Origin: Eledone cirrhosa
Taxonomy: Eukaryota
Direction of reading: 5' to 3'
Assembly: GCA_964016885.1 (NCBI GenBank)
Contig: CAXHJY010001562.1
Coordinates: 33,520 to 97,519 of the forward strand
DNA length: 64,000 bases
In this document: positions 50,854 to 63,803 of the stretch, piece after piece
Numbering within the stretch: the first letter of the stretch is position 1
Layout of the letters: each line of letters starts with the position of its first letter
Position numbers and translations under genes: made by a program
The notes under the pieces: model-generated
The model's database searches: none
What the model saw: the letters and a program-made list of their open reading frames with translations, nothing else
What the model was told of the DNA's origin: nothing

Positions 50854-50912
50854 TGTATATGTATATGTGTATATATACACACACACAACACACACATATA
50901 TATATGTATATA

Positions 50913-50945
<33 letters not shown>

Positions 50946-51705
50946 TTAGATAGCGTACATACGTGTGTATGTATGCGTGCTGTAAACGGTGTGTGTGTCT
51001 TTGTGTGCTGTAACCGGTGTGTGTGTGTATGTGTATGTGTGTGCTGTAACAGGTGTGTGTGTGTGCTGTAACAGGTGTGTGTATGTGTGTGCTGTAACAG
51101 GTGTGTGTGTGTGTGTGTGTGTGTGCTGTAAAAGGTGTGTGTATATGTGTGTTGTAACAGGTGTGTGTGTGTGCTATAACCGGGGTTGTGCAATGACCCA
51201 CAGCGAAGCACGCTGTTGAGTGAAATATGCAAGATATACCTGGTTGTTGCAGCTGTTAATTTAACAGTTTTCCACAATTGCTGTCTGTTGTTGAATGCAA
51301 TGAAATGTGGTCAAACTAACCTCAGTATATGTACTAGTACATAACCCGTTTGTTTTAATAAGTAATATCCCCGTTTCTTAGTCAAATTTTGACACGGCTA
51401 CATTCAGGGTTAGATTTAAACATTGGAGGATCCGAGGCACTTCAGGTATGTGTGGGGTGGGGTGCTTATATACTCACATAAATTAGAATACACAGAAATC
51501 ACGGATACCACCCCCAATTTTATATATCAAAGTTAGCTTGGTATAAGTAATTGGAATTGAAAAGTTATACACAGAGGGATTACATTAAACAATTCTAACC
51601 ATCAATTAAAGGAACAAAGTTTGATCAGAGATTTATTACGACATATGTTTAGTTTAATGTGTCAAGTAAAGGTTAAAGCATATTTTATGTTCACATTACA
51701 AAACA

Positions 51706-51779
<74 letters not shown>

Positions 51780-51780
<1 letters not shown>

Positions 51781-51956
51781 CGAGGGAAAAGTGGTAAGGA
51801 ACCAGGTGGACCATAACGCACCAAAGTACTCAATACTTAGGGTAGTAGAGTGGGTAATAGGAGTAAGTAAGACCCCGACGGCTGAGCTCAAGCCGTTTCG
51901 TACAGAATTAGCCGTCGAAACGGCTTGAGCTCAGCCGTCGGGGTCTTACTTACTCC

Positions 51957-51960
<4 letters not shown>
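51780..51960. mobile_element. (TA)n-embedded terminal-hairpin element, copy 5
   Basis: Tail plus hairpin 51857-51959 with perfect ~44-bp arms; TA flanks. Confidence 0.8.
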
Positions 51961-51988
<28 letters not shown>

Positions 51989-52639
51989 TTTGTGTGTGTG
52001 TGTGTGTGGTCAACAAAAGTCAATGATAGGTTCTTATTTCATTGTTTTGCAATCTTTTCAGAGAGTTGGTTGATCATAATAGATCGATATATTCGATATA
52101 TTGACTCCATATTTCTTGTCTCGAACAGTCCATGGGGCGAGTTTGGTACAAGTAATAACACAGCAGTTAGTTCACCATACCGAGAACAATTGTTTCACCT
52201 TATGGGGATCTTCAGCTCCGACTGGTAATGGTTATACGGAACAGGAAGAACAACCGTATGAACGCGCATGGTCAGAAACGGTCATTTCACCCAAGCGATA
52301 CAAAGCTACGGGCGAAAGGTGTAAGGGAGATAACTGCGAAAGTTCAGAATAAAATGTTCGAATTGATTAGAAAATTAAAATGTTGTTGTCATTCAATCCG
52401 GAGCTTTGTAATTATGCAAGAGGTGTTTCCAGACATGTGGACAACGTAAGAAGATTTCATTTCTTGAATTAAGGCAATCGCTATTGCGTAATCTGTTTAG
52501 AATATTTATCCTTTCTTCAATATACAGTCCACAATATTGTTCTTTGGGATGAGATCTTAATCAAATCGATACATCGATACCAGAAGTATGAAAATTAAAG
52601 TTGATTGCCTTTTGTGATATTGAAACAGAATGTAATAAG

Positions 52640-55600
52640 TTAGCTGTCCACCGACTTAACACTGATATTATCTAAAGTTAACAAATCGTATCCGTTATCT
52701 CCCCACCAACGTTTTTTGTAGATTTTATATGCTACTATTATTAAACCAATGGCTACACCAACACTAAATATGGAACTTAATACAATAGCTGCAGTATGTT
52801 TGGTACTTGAGTTGCTTTTGTAACGTGGTGGGGTCCCTGTATTGTTATTTACCGGCCATGTTGAATGGAAAGATTCCGTTGTTGCTAGTTTTGTGGCTGT
52901 GGTTGGTGTTGTTGTTGTTGTTGTTGTTGTTTTTGTTGTTGTTTTTGGTGCTGTTGGTGTTGTTGTTGGTGGTGTTGTTGTTGCTGGTGGTGTTGGTGTT
53001 GTTGTTTTTGGTGCTGTTTTTCGTGCTGTTGGTGTTGTTGTTTTTGTTGTTGTTTTTGGTGCTGTTGGTGTTGTTGTTGGTGATGTTGTTGTTGTTTTTG
53101 GTGTTGTTTTTGATGCTGTTGGTGGTGTTGTTGGTGGTGTTGTTGGTGGTGTTGTTGTTGATTTTGTTGTTGTTTTTGGTGCTGTTGGTGTTGTTGTTGG
53201 TGTTGTTGTTGTTGGTGTTGTTGTTGTTGTTTTTGGTGTTGTTTTTGGTGCTGTTGGTGGTGTTGTTGGTGGTGTTGTTGTTGATTTTGTTGTTGTTTTT
53301 GGTGCTGTTGGTGTTGTTGTTAGTGTTGTTGTTGTTGGTGTTGTTGTTGTTGTTTTTGGTGTTGTTTTTGGTGCTGTTGGTGTTGTTGTTGGTGATGTTG
53401 TTGTTGTTTTTGGTGTTGTTTTTGATGCTGTTGGTGGTGTTGTTGGTGGTGTTGTTGGTGGTGTTGTTGTTGATTTTGTTGTTGTTTTTGGTGCTGTTGG
53501 TGTTGTTGTTGGTGTTGCTGTTGTTGGTGTTGTTGTTGTTGTTTTTGGTGTTGTTTTTGGTGCTGTTGGTGGTGTTGTTGGTGGTGTTGTTGTTGATTTT
53601 GTTGTTGTTTTTGGTGCTGTTGGTGTTGTTGTTGGTGTTGTTGTTGGTGTTGTTGTTGTTGGTGTTGTTGTTGTTGTTTTTGGTGTTGTTTTTGGTGCTG
53701 TTGGTGTTGTTGTTGGTGTTGTTGTTGTTGTTTTTGGTGTTGTTTTTGGTGCTGTTGGTGGTGTTGTTGGTGGTGTTGTTGTTGATTTTGTTGTTGTTTT
53801 TGGTGCTGTTGGTGTTGTTGTTGTTGGTGGTGTTGTTGTTTTTGGTGCTGTTGGTGGTGTTGTTGGTGGTTCGGGCTTCTTCTGTGTCCGTGTTTGTTTA
53901 GTGAACGGAACAAATGTAGTTTTTAGTGTTGTAGACGTTATAGTCCCTGGAGTTGTAACAGATCTTGAGTCTGTTGCTGCAATAGTGGGATCATTTCTTG
54001 TTGCAATAATTTTGTCACCGTTAACTGCTACTCCCATGGTACATGGGCCATAAACCTGAACAGAATGAGATGTGAGTAGGTTAAATTAGAAAAAAACATC
54101 ACCACTGCAACAACATCAGTTATCATCATTATTAATACCAACAACAATAGTAAAAACAAAAACAACAACCAAACTATAATTATAATTGTTATACTTCGGT
54201 AGGGTCATTTTGTCAATAAAAACACACGCACCACTTACATTTTACTCCATTTTTTTTTTATTATTAGTCATTTAATTAATCCATTCTCCGATTAGTTCTA
54301 TTTAATTTCCAAAGCTCTTTCGTCGCACATCTATGGCCTTCCTGAAACTAAGCGATGAATAGATTGCTTACCTGATTCTGATTTAGACACAAAGTCAACA
54401 ATTTAGGGGGTAGTGACTTTCTGATCTCCGAGCTACGAACTCTATTGAGTAACGTTACTCCAAAGACCTTTCGAAGGAACCCCTTTTCGACCGCTTGTTT
54501 CATGATCGCATTCTTTTGGTCATTACTCAAGACCATAGTTAACGGTTGGCATGACTCTCTGTCTCTCGCTCTCTTTCTCTTCTTCGCTCTTTCTCCTCTC
54601 CCTCTCTCTCTTCCTCGCTCTTTCAATCACCCCCTCTCTCTCTCTCTCGCCCCCCTCTCTCTCAGTATTTCTGGAATGTCCAGCCACCATTGACATGCCA
54701 GTATTCCTACTCAGAGTTCAAACAACCGGAACGACAACCTCAAGTCCTTCTGTCCGCCATTCTAACAGCTCTGTCACTTCACTGCCAACGTCAAAGTAAT
54801 AACAATATTAATAATAGTTGAGTCACTAAATATGATTTCTTTATTAACCACGAAGGATTTACAAAAAATACATTAACGACGGTAGAGGATGGTAGAGGAT
54901 GGTAGAGAATGGTAGAGGATGGTAGAAGACGGTAGAGGACGGTAGAGAACGGTAGAGGATGGTAGAGAATGGTAGAGGATGGTAGAGGACGGTAGAGGAC
55001 GGTAGAGGATGGTAGAGGACGGTAGAGGACGGTAGAGGATGGTAGAGGAGGGTAGAGGACGAGAGATCGCAGCTGCGATACTAAAGACATGTGGTTAGAA
55101 TAGGTTTCTTCCGAAGGGTCTTTGGCGTAACGTTACTCGATAGTACGTATCTCGGAGATGAGAGAGTGATCCCAGGTAGAGCTGGTTCTGAATTGAGAGA
55201 TCACAGCTCCGATACTGTGGCCATGTGGTTAGAATGTCTCAGGAAAGAACCACTTGAGAGTCGCTCAAGGTAGAGCTGGCTCTGAATTGAGAGATCACAG
55301 CTCCGATACTGTGGCCATGTGGTTAGAATGTCTCAGGAAAGAATCACTGGATAGATTTTATGGGCAAAACGAACTGGCAGGAGACACAGAGGTTGACCCT
55401 AAGTATGATGGTTGAATAACATCTATGAACTTGGCTGATCTTGCTTGGGGATCCAGTCGGGTCAGTTGGAGATGTTTGCTTCTGACAGGACCTGCTGAAA
55501 GGAGTGTTTGAGGACTCTGCCCATCCTACGGCCCTCTCAGGAATAAATGGTCGAAGAAGAAAAGGAACCTGGTAACCATTCAGCTATGTCTAAGTCCACA

Positions 55601-55694
55601 ACATTATCTGTAAAGATTATTCAGAGGCATGTTTCAAAACATTATCAGCAAGAGGGTCTGTAAATATTGCTGGGTCATCCTAACACAGCATTAA

Positions 55695-55733
<39 letters not shown>

Positions 55734-55739
55734 CGGTGA

Positions 55740-55774
<35 letters not shown>

Positions 55775-55788
55775 ATAACAGTAGCAGC

Positions 55789-55831
<43 letters not shown>

Positions 55832-56361
55832 ATAGCAGTAGTAGCAGTAGTAGTAGTAGCAGTAGCAGCAGTTGTTGTTGTAGTAGTAGTAGTAGTAGTA
55901 ATAATAATAATTGTTTCTACTTTTGGCACAAGGCCAGCAAATACCCAGTGTATTACTGGTACTTTATTTTATCAACCCCGTAAGGATGAAAGGCAAAGTT
56001 AACCTCGGCGGGATTTGAACTCAAATCATAAAGGGCCTTAACTCTATGCTGCAAAGCATGGCGTCAGACCCTCTACCGATACTGCCAATCGACCGCCCTT
56101 TAGTAGTAGTAATAATAATAATAATAATTTCTTTAACCACCATCCTCCGGGGAAACGCCTCCTCTATTCTGTCCGTCGGGACCGTGGGGGCGACCAGCGC
56201 GTGGGACCCCATTTGCTCAAAATTATGAGAGCTGGGGAGGGCGAGAGAGACGTAGGCGATGACAGTGGGAGTTGGGCTCCTCTGTGTTCGGACCTGGTGT
56301 ACATGTGTGATGGGGGAGCGCGAGAGAGACACATGTATATGTACACACACACACACACACA

Positions 56362-56459
<98 letters not shown>

Positions 56460-57465
56460 GTAATAAGAATATTTATATTTATATATGTTTGATATAACTA
56501 TAAATATGTAGGGTAGTACTAAGTACTAGACGGTTACCGGTATGACACAAGGCTCAATGCAAGTTTTCAAGTGTTTTACAGAGCCGTGTTTTACAAAGTG
56601 TTAAAACGATGAAATTTTAATTTAGAACATTTATTTGCTGACAATTGTTTCTTCCAGAGGGAAGTCTGGATTCATCGGAGCATAGGGAATGTCGAAACAT
56701 GTGACTGAAATCCTAGTCATTCAGAACATTTAGGTACATAAGTGTTGTTAGTGTCATAGACATCCTGTGGAGAGTCAGGAGTTAAAAAGACGTTATGCTT
56801 GAGAGAACACAATTACAGGCAGCAAGTGTAAGAAGTATAAGCAAAAAGTACAGGCAAAAAAGTTATAAGCAAGGAAAAGTGTGGGATAGCATAGACATAA
56901 GATATAAGATTTAAGATATCTTAACATTGGAGAACAGTTAATGTTATGGGTGTACACTGCAGAAATCAATACAGTCAATAAGGCATGCATGAGGAAAGAG
57001 TTATAATGCAGTTGAAATAAATATATTTTGTGTGGGGTGTTAAAGCATGTTATAAGTGTTAGAAATGTTTAAGATAGCTTGCTATTTGTTAGAGGCATGT
57101 GGTGATAATGTAGGTATTTGTTATGTGAGGTGTAATACAAAGCACGTGATAGAGTTGGATAGGTGACTTTAATTCAAGTGTTTTTGTGTTGTTGTTCGTA
57201 TGTATGTGTATGAGTTGTTTGTAACACACAGCTATTAACCATGGGATTATTTTGAGTTGTTTATAGTCAATAGGTGTGTGTTTGTTAAATGTAAATTCCA
57301 CCGAATTACTGGCCATGTTGTTATTGTAGGTATATTATCTTATGCATTTTTATCAACAAATTATCTTTTCTAGGGTTTGTATTAACCGTTATTAAGTTGC
57401 TGGTAAACCGTTAGGTTGCTTAATTTTATGAATTTATATATATATATACACACACACATATATAT

Positions 57466-57509
<44 letters not shown>

Positions 57510-57612
57510 GTATATATATATATATATGTATGTATGACAACATCTTCAATAAATGATTATACTAAACAATACTTACGTATAGAATTAAGAAGAGGAAAGC
57601 CAATGTTCGCAT
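52640..57612 (-). CDS. Type I transmembrane mucin-like protein (Thr/Pro/Lys-rich), 2 exons, ~483 aa
   Basis: Exon 1 57577-57612 (MRTLAFLFLILY, GTAAGT donor, phase 0) joins exon 2 52640-54055 (TTCAG acceptor, VYGPCTMG...) to make a signal peptide. Then ~340 aa of TTPTAPKTT-type repeats, a TM helix AAIVLSSIFSVGVAIGLIIVAY, a KIYKKR stop-transfer and a 28-aa tail containing GYDLL. Confidence 0.8.
54880..55060. repeat. 10-bp tandem repeat GGTAGAGGAY
   Basis: Direct inspection. Confidence 0.9.
56500..57430 (-). mobile_element. Probable 3' remnant of a Penelope-like retroelement with a mutated hammerhead at 56636-56682
   Basis: Minus strand TGCT-CCGATGA-ATCCAGA-CTTCCC-TCTGGAA-GAAAC-AATT-GTC-AGCA (hammerhead with a U4->C change, 6-bp stem II, GUC triplet), then AATAAA and a tail; microsatellite flanks; no intact ORF. 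Confidence 0.5.
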
Positions 57613-58247
57613 CTTGACGAAATTTAGTTAGAAGTTCCAGTTATGATTCCTTGGTAAATTCTTCTAAAAAAGCATGTAAACATATTTTTTAGGTGGAGGA
57701 ATTATCTTCTATCTTTCATGAGAAGAAGAAATATGGGAATCTTTGCTCGGTTATGATAAAAATATTCAAAAAATAGAAAAGAAAAAAAAAATACTTGGTT
57801 TTGATTTTGACGAGAAAATGTCTACGAACATGAAAGTTAATAACGAAAATATGTTAGATTAATTTCAGATTCTTTAGACATGAATGTCAATCTGAAATAT
57901 ATGATTAAAATCTATTTTGAGTTTCATATATATACCAATATATGTATATATATGTATATATCTATATTCAACAATGCTTCAAGCAAGCTACAAGACTCTG
58001 GTATATATACTAGTAATATTAAGTTGTTGTTATTATTATTGATATATTAATGCTGGTTTCCAGGTAATAACTAATCTAGTTTTAGATCTATCTGGTACAT
58101 TTTATACACCTGGTGACTGACTAAACAAAATATTTAAAAAAGGAATTACAAAGTTCAAAGTACCAAACTCACGATAACAAAGATAAAATGTAATTTTATA
58201 CATATACATATATATATATATATATAATCGGGGTAACAAATTATTGT

Positions 58248-58278
<31 letters not shown>

Positions 58279-59294
58279 GCTGGCACTCCTTTCATTTAAT
58301 CAATCAGGTTTCTGTTTCTAGAGAACTATGTAATCAACTAGAATTAGAACTGCCCCAGAACACCTCACCGACGCCTGTCCAGGAATTGAACTGGAGGTGT
58401 TGTGATTGTACAACAAGGCTCCTAACCATTAAGCCATGTCATGCGCCCTCACATCCATTATATAAAGAGTACATAAATTGTGTTTATATATACAAAAGAG
58501 CAGTGTATTGGCAGTATAGGTAGAACGTCGGACACCATGCTTCTCTGCAGAGAGTTAAGGCCCTTTACGTTCTTAGTTCAAATCCCGCCGAGGTTAACTT
58601 TGTCTTTCCTCCTAACGGGTTCGATAAATAAAGCACCAGTAATGCACTGGGGTCGATTTAATCGAATTTCCACCCTCTCCCCTTCAAATTGCTGACCTTG
58701 TGCCTAAATTAGAAACATGTACAAAATGGTATAATGTGACACAGTACTTTAAAAAAAAACAAATTTTATTTATCCAAGTCTTGTTTATTCAATGTAAAAA
58801 ATATCTAACATAAACAAAAATAACATATAAACAAACATATTATACATATTGATAAGGGTGGTAACTCCATGCAGAGGATTATGTCCCTTATATCACGGTT
58901 AAATATTTTTACTGTCTTTATTTTTTTCTTCCTCTCTCACATGAACATGTTCACCCAATCATTTCCACAAAGACACAGAGTCTATCGTAAAGATCACTCC
59001 ACTACATTCCTTTAACCCTCTCATCACCACACTTCATTTCTAAGATAGCAACTTAATTTAAGATTCTTGTATAAAATTATGTTGGAAGATTTTAATTCTA
59101 ATTGGAAACATTTGAAATGGGTGATTTTATTTCATAGAATTAGAGCCACTTTTGACCGTGTTGATAACTAAAGGGTTAACCCTTTTATAACCATATTTCT
59201 AATGAAATACACTCTATTTTAATTAATGAAGAATTATTCCAGTCACTTCTCTGCACCAACACACTTCTCCGTGTCCCCCTCCTCTTTCAATCTT

Positions 59295-59955
59295 TATCTG
59301 CCTGTCACCCACCTTGTCTCTCTGTTGACCACTGGTGTCTGTCCACTGAGACATTATATTTCATCTGCCTGTCAGCCACCTTGTGGATTGTGTCTCTGTT
59401 GACCACTGGTCTCTGTCCACTGAGACATTATATTTCATCTGCCTGTCACCCACCTTGTGGATTGTGTCTCTGTTGACCACTGGTCTCTGTCCACTGAGAC
59501 ATTATATTTCATCTGCCTGTCAGCCACCTTGTGGATTGTGTCTCTGTTGACCACTGGTCTCTGTCCACTGAGACATTATATTTCATCTGCCTGTCACCCA
59601 CCTTGTGGATTGTGTCTCTGTTGACCACTGGTCTCTGTCCACTGAGACATTATATTTCATCTGCCTGTCAGCCACCTTGTGGATTGTGTCTCTGTTGACC
59701 ACTGGTCACTGGTCTCTGTCCTCTGAGACATTATATTTCATCTGCCTGTCAGCCACCTTGTGGATTGTGTCTCTGTTGACCACTGGTGTCTGTCCACTGA
59801 GACATTATATTTCATCTGCCTGTCAGCCACCTTGTGGATTGTGTCTCTGTTGACCACTGGTCTCTGTCCACTGAGACATTATATTTCATCTGCCTGTCAC
59901 CCACCTTGTGGGTTGTCTCTCCATTGACCACTGACCACTGGTCTCTGTCCTCTGA
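59295..59955. repeat. 74-bp minisatellite (~9 copies)
   Basis: CATCTGCCTGTCAGCCACCTTGTGGATTGTGTCTCTGTTGACCACTGGTCTCTGTCCACTGAGACATTATATTT. Confidence 0.95.
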
Positions 59956-61294
59956 GGTGTTTTTGCCCATCGCTGTTTTTTACAATATTTAGCTGTTTTA
60001 ACGGCTGTCCTAGCGTGCCAGTAATCGGTAGAGCATCGGACACCATGCTTGGCAGCATAGAGTATCGGCCCTTTACGCCCCCAGTCCAAATCCCGCCGAG
60101 GTTAGCTTTACCTTTCATCCTTACGGGATCGATAAAATAAAGTACCAGTGAAATACTGGGGTCGATATAATCGACTTTCCCCTTCCCCGAAATGTACCAC
60201 CAACACCACCACCACCACCACCACCACCACTAACAACAAAAACAACTACAGAAGTGTAAAAAAGAAGAAGTGACTTCCAAGAATAGTAGAATGGTTGAAT
60301 GGTAGAATTGTAGAATGGTAGAATGGTTAGGGTTAGAAGTAAGTGACATAGTCACTACTTTAAAACTGATAGCGAATGTTCTTCTAAATATTTTTAATTA
60401 AACATACGGTAAATATATTGAAAATTGTTGAATGTATTTAGTTAGACAAAATAATTAAATTAATATATACAAACACTTTTAATTAAAAGAGATACAATCT
60501 TTCTTAACCCCCCCCCCCCCAAAAAAAAAACACCTCCAAGAAAGAAACAAGTGTATTGCATCATTGCACCTCGCTATCACCTAGTTTAGGTGGGAGCATT
60601 TCATGCCTGGGTCCGTTAGTCATCATATTGTAATTTGATACACCCAAAGACACCTGTTAGCAATTTCTTTCCACCGCAATCCAAGTCTTGTGGGTGGGGT
60701 CTTGTCTGTTTTGACGGGAGAGGAGGCGCAGAATTTGGCAGAGTTGTTAGAACGTCGGATCGGATAGAATGCTTTGAGGTATTTGTTCCGGTTCTAGGTT
60801 TTCTGTGATCAATTCCCGCTCCTACCGAAGTCAACTTTACACATTTCACCTTTTTCCTACGTTGTTAATAAATGAAATTTAGGGTCTTTGGAGTAACGTT
60901 ACTCGACGAAGTGCGTAGCCCGGAGATCAGAGAGTCACTCCAGGGAGAGCTGCTACTTCTCCGACGAATTGAGAGATTACAGCTCTGATATTACAGACAT
61001 GTTGTTAGAATGTCTGAGGAAAGAATCGGTGGACGGATTTTACAGGCAAAACGGAACAGGCAGCAGGAGACCTAGTGGTAGACCTTGAGCAAGGTTAGTT
61101 GGATAACTTCCATGAACTTGGCTGGTCTCGCTCGGGGATCCCGGATCAGTTGGAGACGGTTGGGTCTGACAGGACCAGCTGGAAGGAGAAGGGGTGTTTG
61201 AGGACTCTGCCTCCATGACTAAACCAGGATTAAGTGGTGAAGAAGAAGAATACCGGTGGGAGGTGTGTGTGTGGGGGACGGCGGCGACGATCGT

Positions 61295-61380
<86 letters not shown>

Positions 61381-61870
61381 CTGTATCACTGTCTGTCGCC
61401 TTCTCTGGAATAAATTAGCTGTGTTCTAAACTGAAGAGGATTTTGGCTCCCCCAGATTTTAGAAATGTCTTTATGGCACGCCGTATATCCCGACAGCTTA
61501 CCTGCGACCCCAGGAGTCACAGACACATACATGCATATGCACACCTACATACATATGAATATATATATATACATGCATATGTATACATACATACAAACAT
61601 CATCATGCATACATACATACAGTCAGCACAAGGCCAACAATTTTGAGGGGAGGGGAGAAGTCGATTAAATCGACCTCCAGTGTATTACTGGTACTTTATC
61701 TTATGAACCCCGTCAAGACGAAAGGCAAAGTTAACCTCGGCGGGATTTGAACTCAAAACATAAATTATTTACAACAGTGAGATGTACAGATAAATGTGTT
61801 GCGGGTGTATAACCCTACGAAACTTAAGTACCTGTATGTGTCACTGTTGTAGCTAATTGTGTGTGTCTGT

Positions 61871-61952
<82 letters not shown>

Positions 61953-62459
61953 ATGGGTGAAACACATTTATTTAATTTTTATTTTGCGTGCCATTTTCCC
62001 TTTACTCTGATAAATAAAACGTACGGTTCCAGCTAGGTCCAAGGGGAACAAATCTTACTTGAATCTTAACTGAACCTGTTAACAGTGCTGGAATGACCTA
62101 TAAGCCACAGCTTAGGGCCCACACTCTCGCGAGGCCCTCATTTGAAATATATATTTCTTTCTGTTTTTCTATGTGGTAAATAGAATAAATCAATTAATTA
62201 TTTAAAAGGAATATTTTGTAACTAATTAAATTTTCTAATTATCAATAAATAATAATAGTTTCTACTTTTGGCACAAGGCCAGCAATAACCCAGTGCATTA
62301 CTGGTACTTTATTTTATCGACCCCGTAAGGATGAAAGGCAATTTATTTTATCGACCCCGTAAGGATGAAAGGCAAAGTTAACCTCGGCGAGATTTGAACT
62401 CAGATCATAAAGGGACGTAACTCTTTGCTATAAGGCATGGTGTCAGACCCTCTACCGAT

Positions 62460-62575
62460 ACTGCTGTTGTTGATGTTACTGCTGTTGGTGTTGTTGCTGT
62501 TGTTGTTGTTACTGTTGTTGCTGTTGTTCTTACTGTTGTTTCTGTTGTTGTTACTGCTGCTGTTCTTATTGTTGG

Positions 62576-62606
<31 letters not shown>

Positions 62607-62668
62607 ACTGTTGTTGCTGTTGTTGTTGTTACTGTTGTTTCTGTTGTTGTTGTTATTGTTGGTGTTGG

Positions 62669-62699
<31 letters not shown>

Positions 62700-62832
62700 A
62701 TTGCTGCTGTTGTTGTTACTGCTGCTGTTCTTATAGTTGGTGTTGGTGTTGTTGTTCTTACTGTTATTGCTGCTGCTGTTGCTACTGTTGCTGCTGTTTG
62801 TGTTGCTGCTGCAGGTGTTGCTGTTGCTGCTT
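62460..62832. repeat. (GTT/GCT)n trinucleotide array downstream of Wnt10
   Basis: Direct inspection. Confidence 0.9.
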
Positions 62833-63204
62833 GTATCATCCTCCCATTCTATCCCTGAGCAAGATAACTTAAACTATAACCCTGTTTCGTTGCCCCCCCC
62901 CCCATCTCCTCCCACCCCCGCCACCCACCCCCTCTCCACCCACACCCATCGTCCCCCCTCTCCCCCTCTCCTCTCACCCCCCTCTCCACCCTCTCCTCCC
63001 ACCCCCGCCATCCATCCCCTCTCCACCACCCCCACCATCCACCCCCTCGCTCCACCCCTCTCCTCTCACACCCACCATCCACGCTCTCCCGACCCCTCTT
63101 TTTTTATTTAGTTTTGTTTGTGTTTTTTTTTTAAAGAGAGAGAGAGAGAGAGAGAGAGAGAAGGAGAGGGAGATAGATATATAGAAAGAGAGAGGGGGAG
63201 CCCC

Positions 63205-63690
63205 TTATTTACAGACGGTGACCCATTCATCAAATATACACTGGTCACACAATACATAACAACACCAATAAAATTTACAGTTGCATCTCTCTGAGCGCCG
63301 AACCCTGAGGGTGTTGTACCCACGACCGCAACAGAGGGTATCACAATTGTCCACACCAGAGCCAGTTCGATTACAAAAGCGACCAGTCGTACCGAGTGAA
63401 TCAATTTCAGGATCAGCTTCACAAAAACTCGGGGACTTTTCGTAATAAACCAGATCAGTTTTACGAGGATATCGTCCACGGTAACGCTTCCTTTTTCTTC
63501 GCCTTTTTCTGTCTTTTGGTATTTGCCTGTTATGTTTCGTCTTAACGTATATTTTCAAAGTCTCCATTCCGCTATGTTTTTCTAACATTGTTATCGTTGT
63601 AGAAACTGGCTTCTTTGGCCGCCGTCGGTGTCGCCGGTGTCGGCGATCTCGTGTAACCAGCGAATTGGCGACTGTGTTGTGAAGAATGAC
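63205..63690 (-). CDS. WNT10: Wnt10, terminal coding exon (gene continues beyond the right edge)
   Basis: Polypyrimidine + CTACAG acceptor at 63691, phase 0, open frame [11 protein letters not shown]...[64 protein letters not shown]. The C-terminal EWVxVCK is characteristic of the Wnt10 subfamily. Confidence 0.9.
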   Translation of the reverse strand, partial: VILHNTVANSLVTRDRRHRRHRRRPKKPVSTTITMLEKHSGMETLKIYVKTKHNRQIPKDRKRRRKRKRYRGRYPRKTDLVYYEKSPSFCEADPEIDSLGTTGRFCNRTGSGVDNCDTLCCGRGYNTLRVRRSERCNCKFYWCCYVLCDQCIFDEWVTVCK

Positions 63691-63727
63691 CTGTAGAAGA
63701 GAAAGAGAGAGAGAGAAAGAGAGACAG

Positions 63728-63800
<73 letters not shown>

Positions 63801-63803
<3 letters not shown>

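Noticed and set aside
52807-54053. Plus-strand poly-V/poly-L ORFs and the minus-strand poly-Q ORF
   Set aside because: Antisense or alternative frames of the mucin repeat; only the Thr-rich frame links a signal peptide to a TM helix and tail.
55568-55608. Extra 39-nt mucin exon
   Set aside because: It contains a stop in phase 0, which the flanking exons require, and the donor is weak.
62405-62839. Thr-rich 144-aa ORF as a second mucin
   Set aside because: No signal peptide or TM segment; it runs into a SINE and is a simple trinucleotide array downstream of Wnt10.
63572-63690. Apparent frameshift in Wnt10 suggested by two overlapping ORFs
   Set aside because: Reading phase 0 from the acceptor at 63690 is continuous with the Wnt frame (34 codons before the listed ATG).
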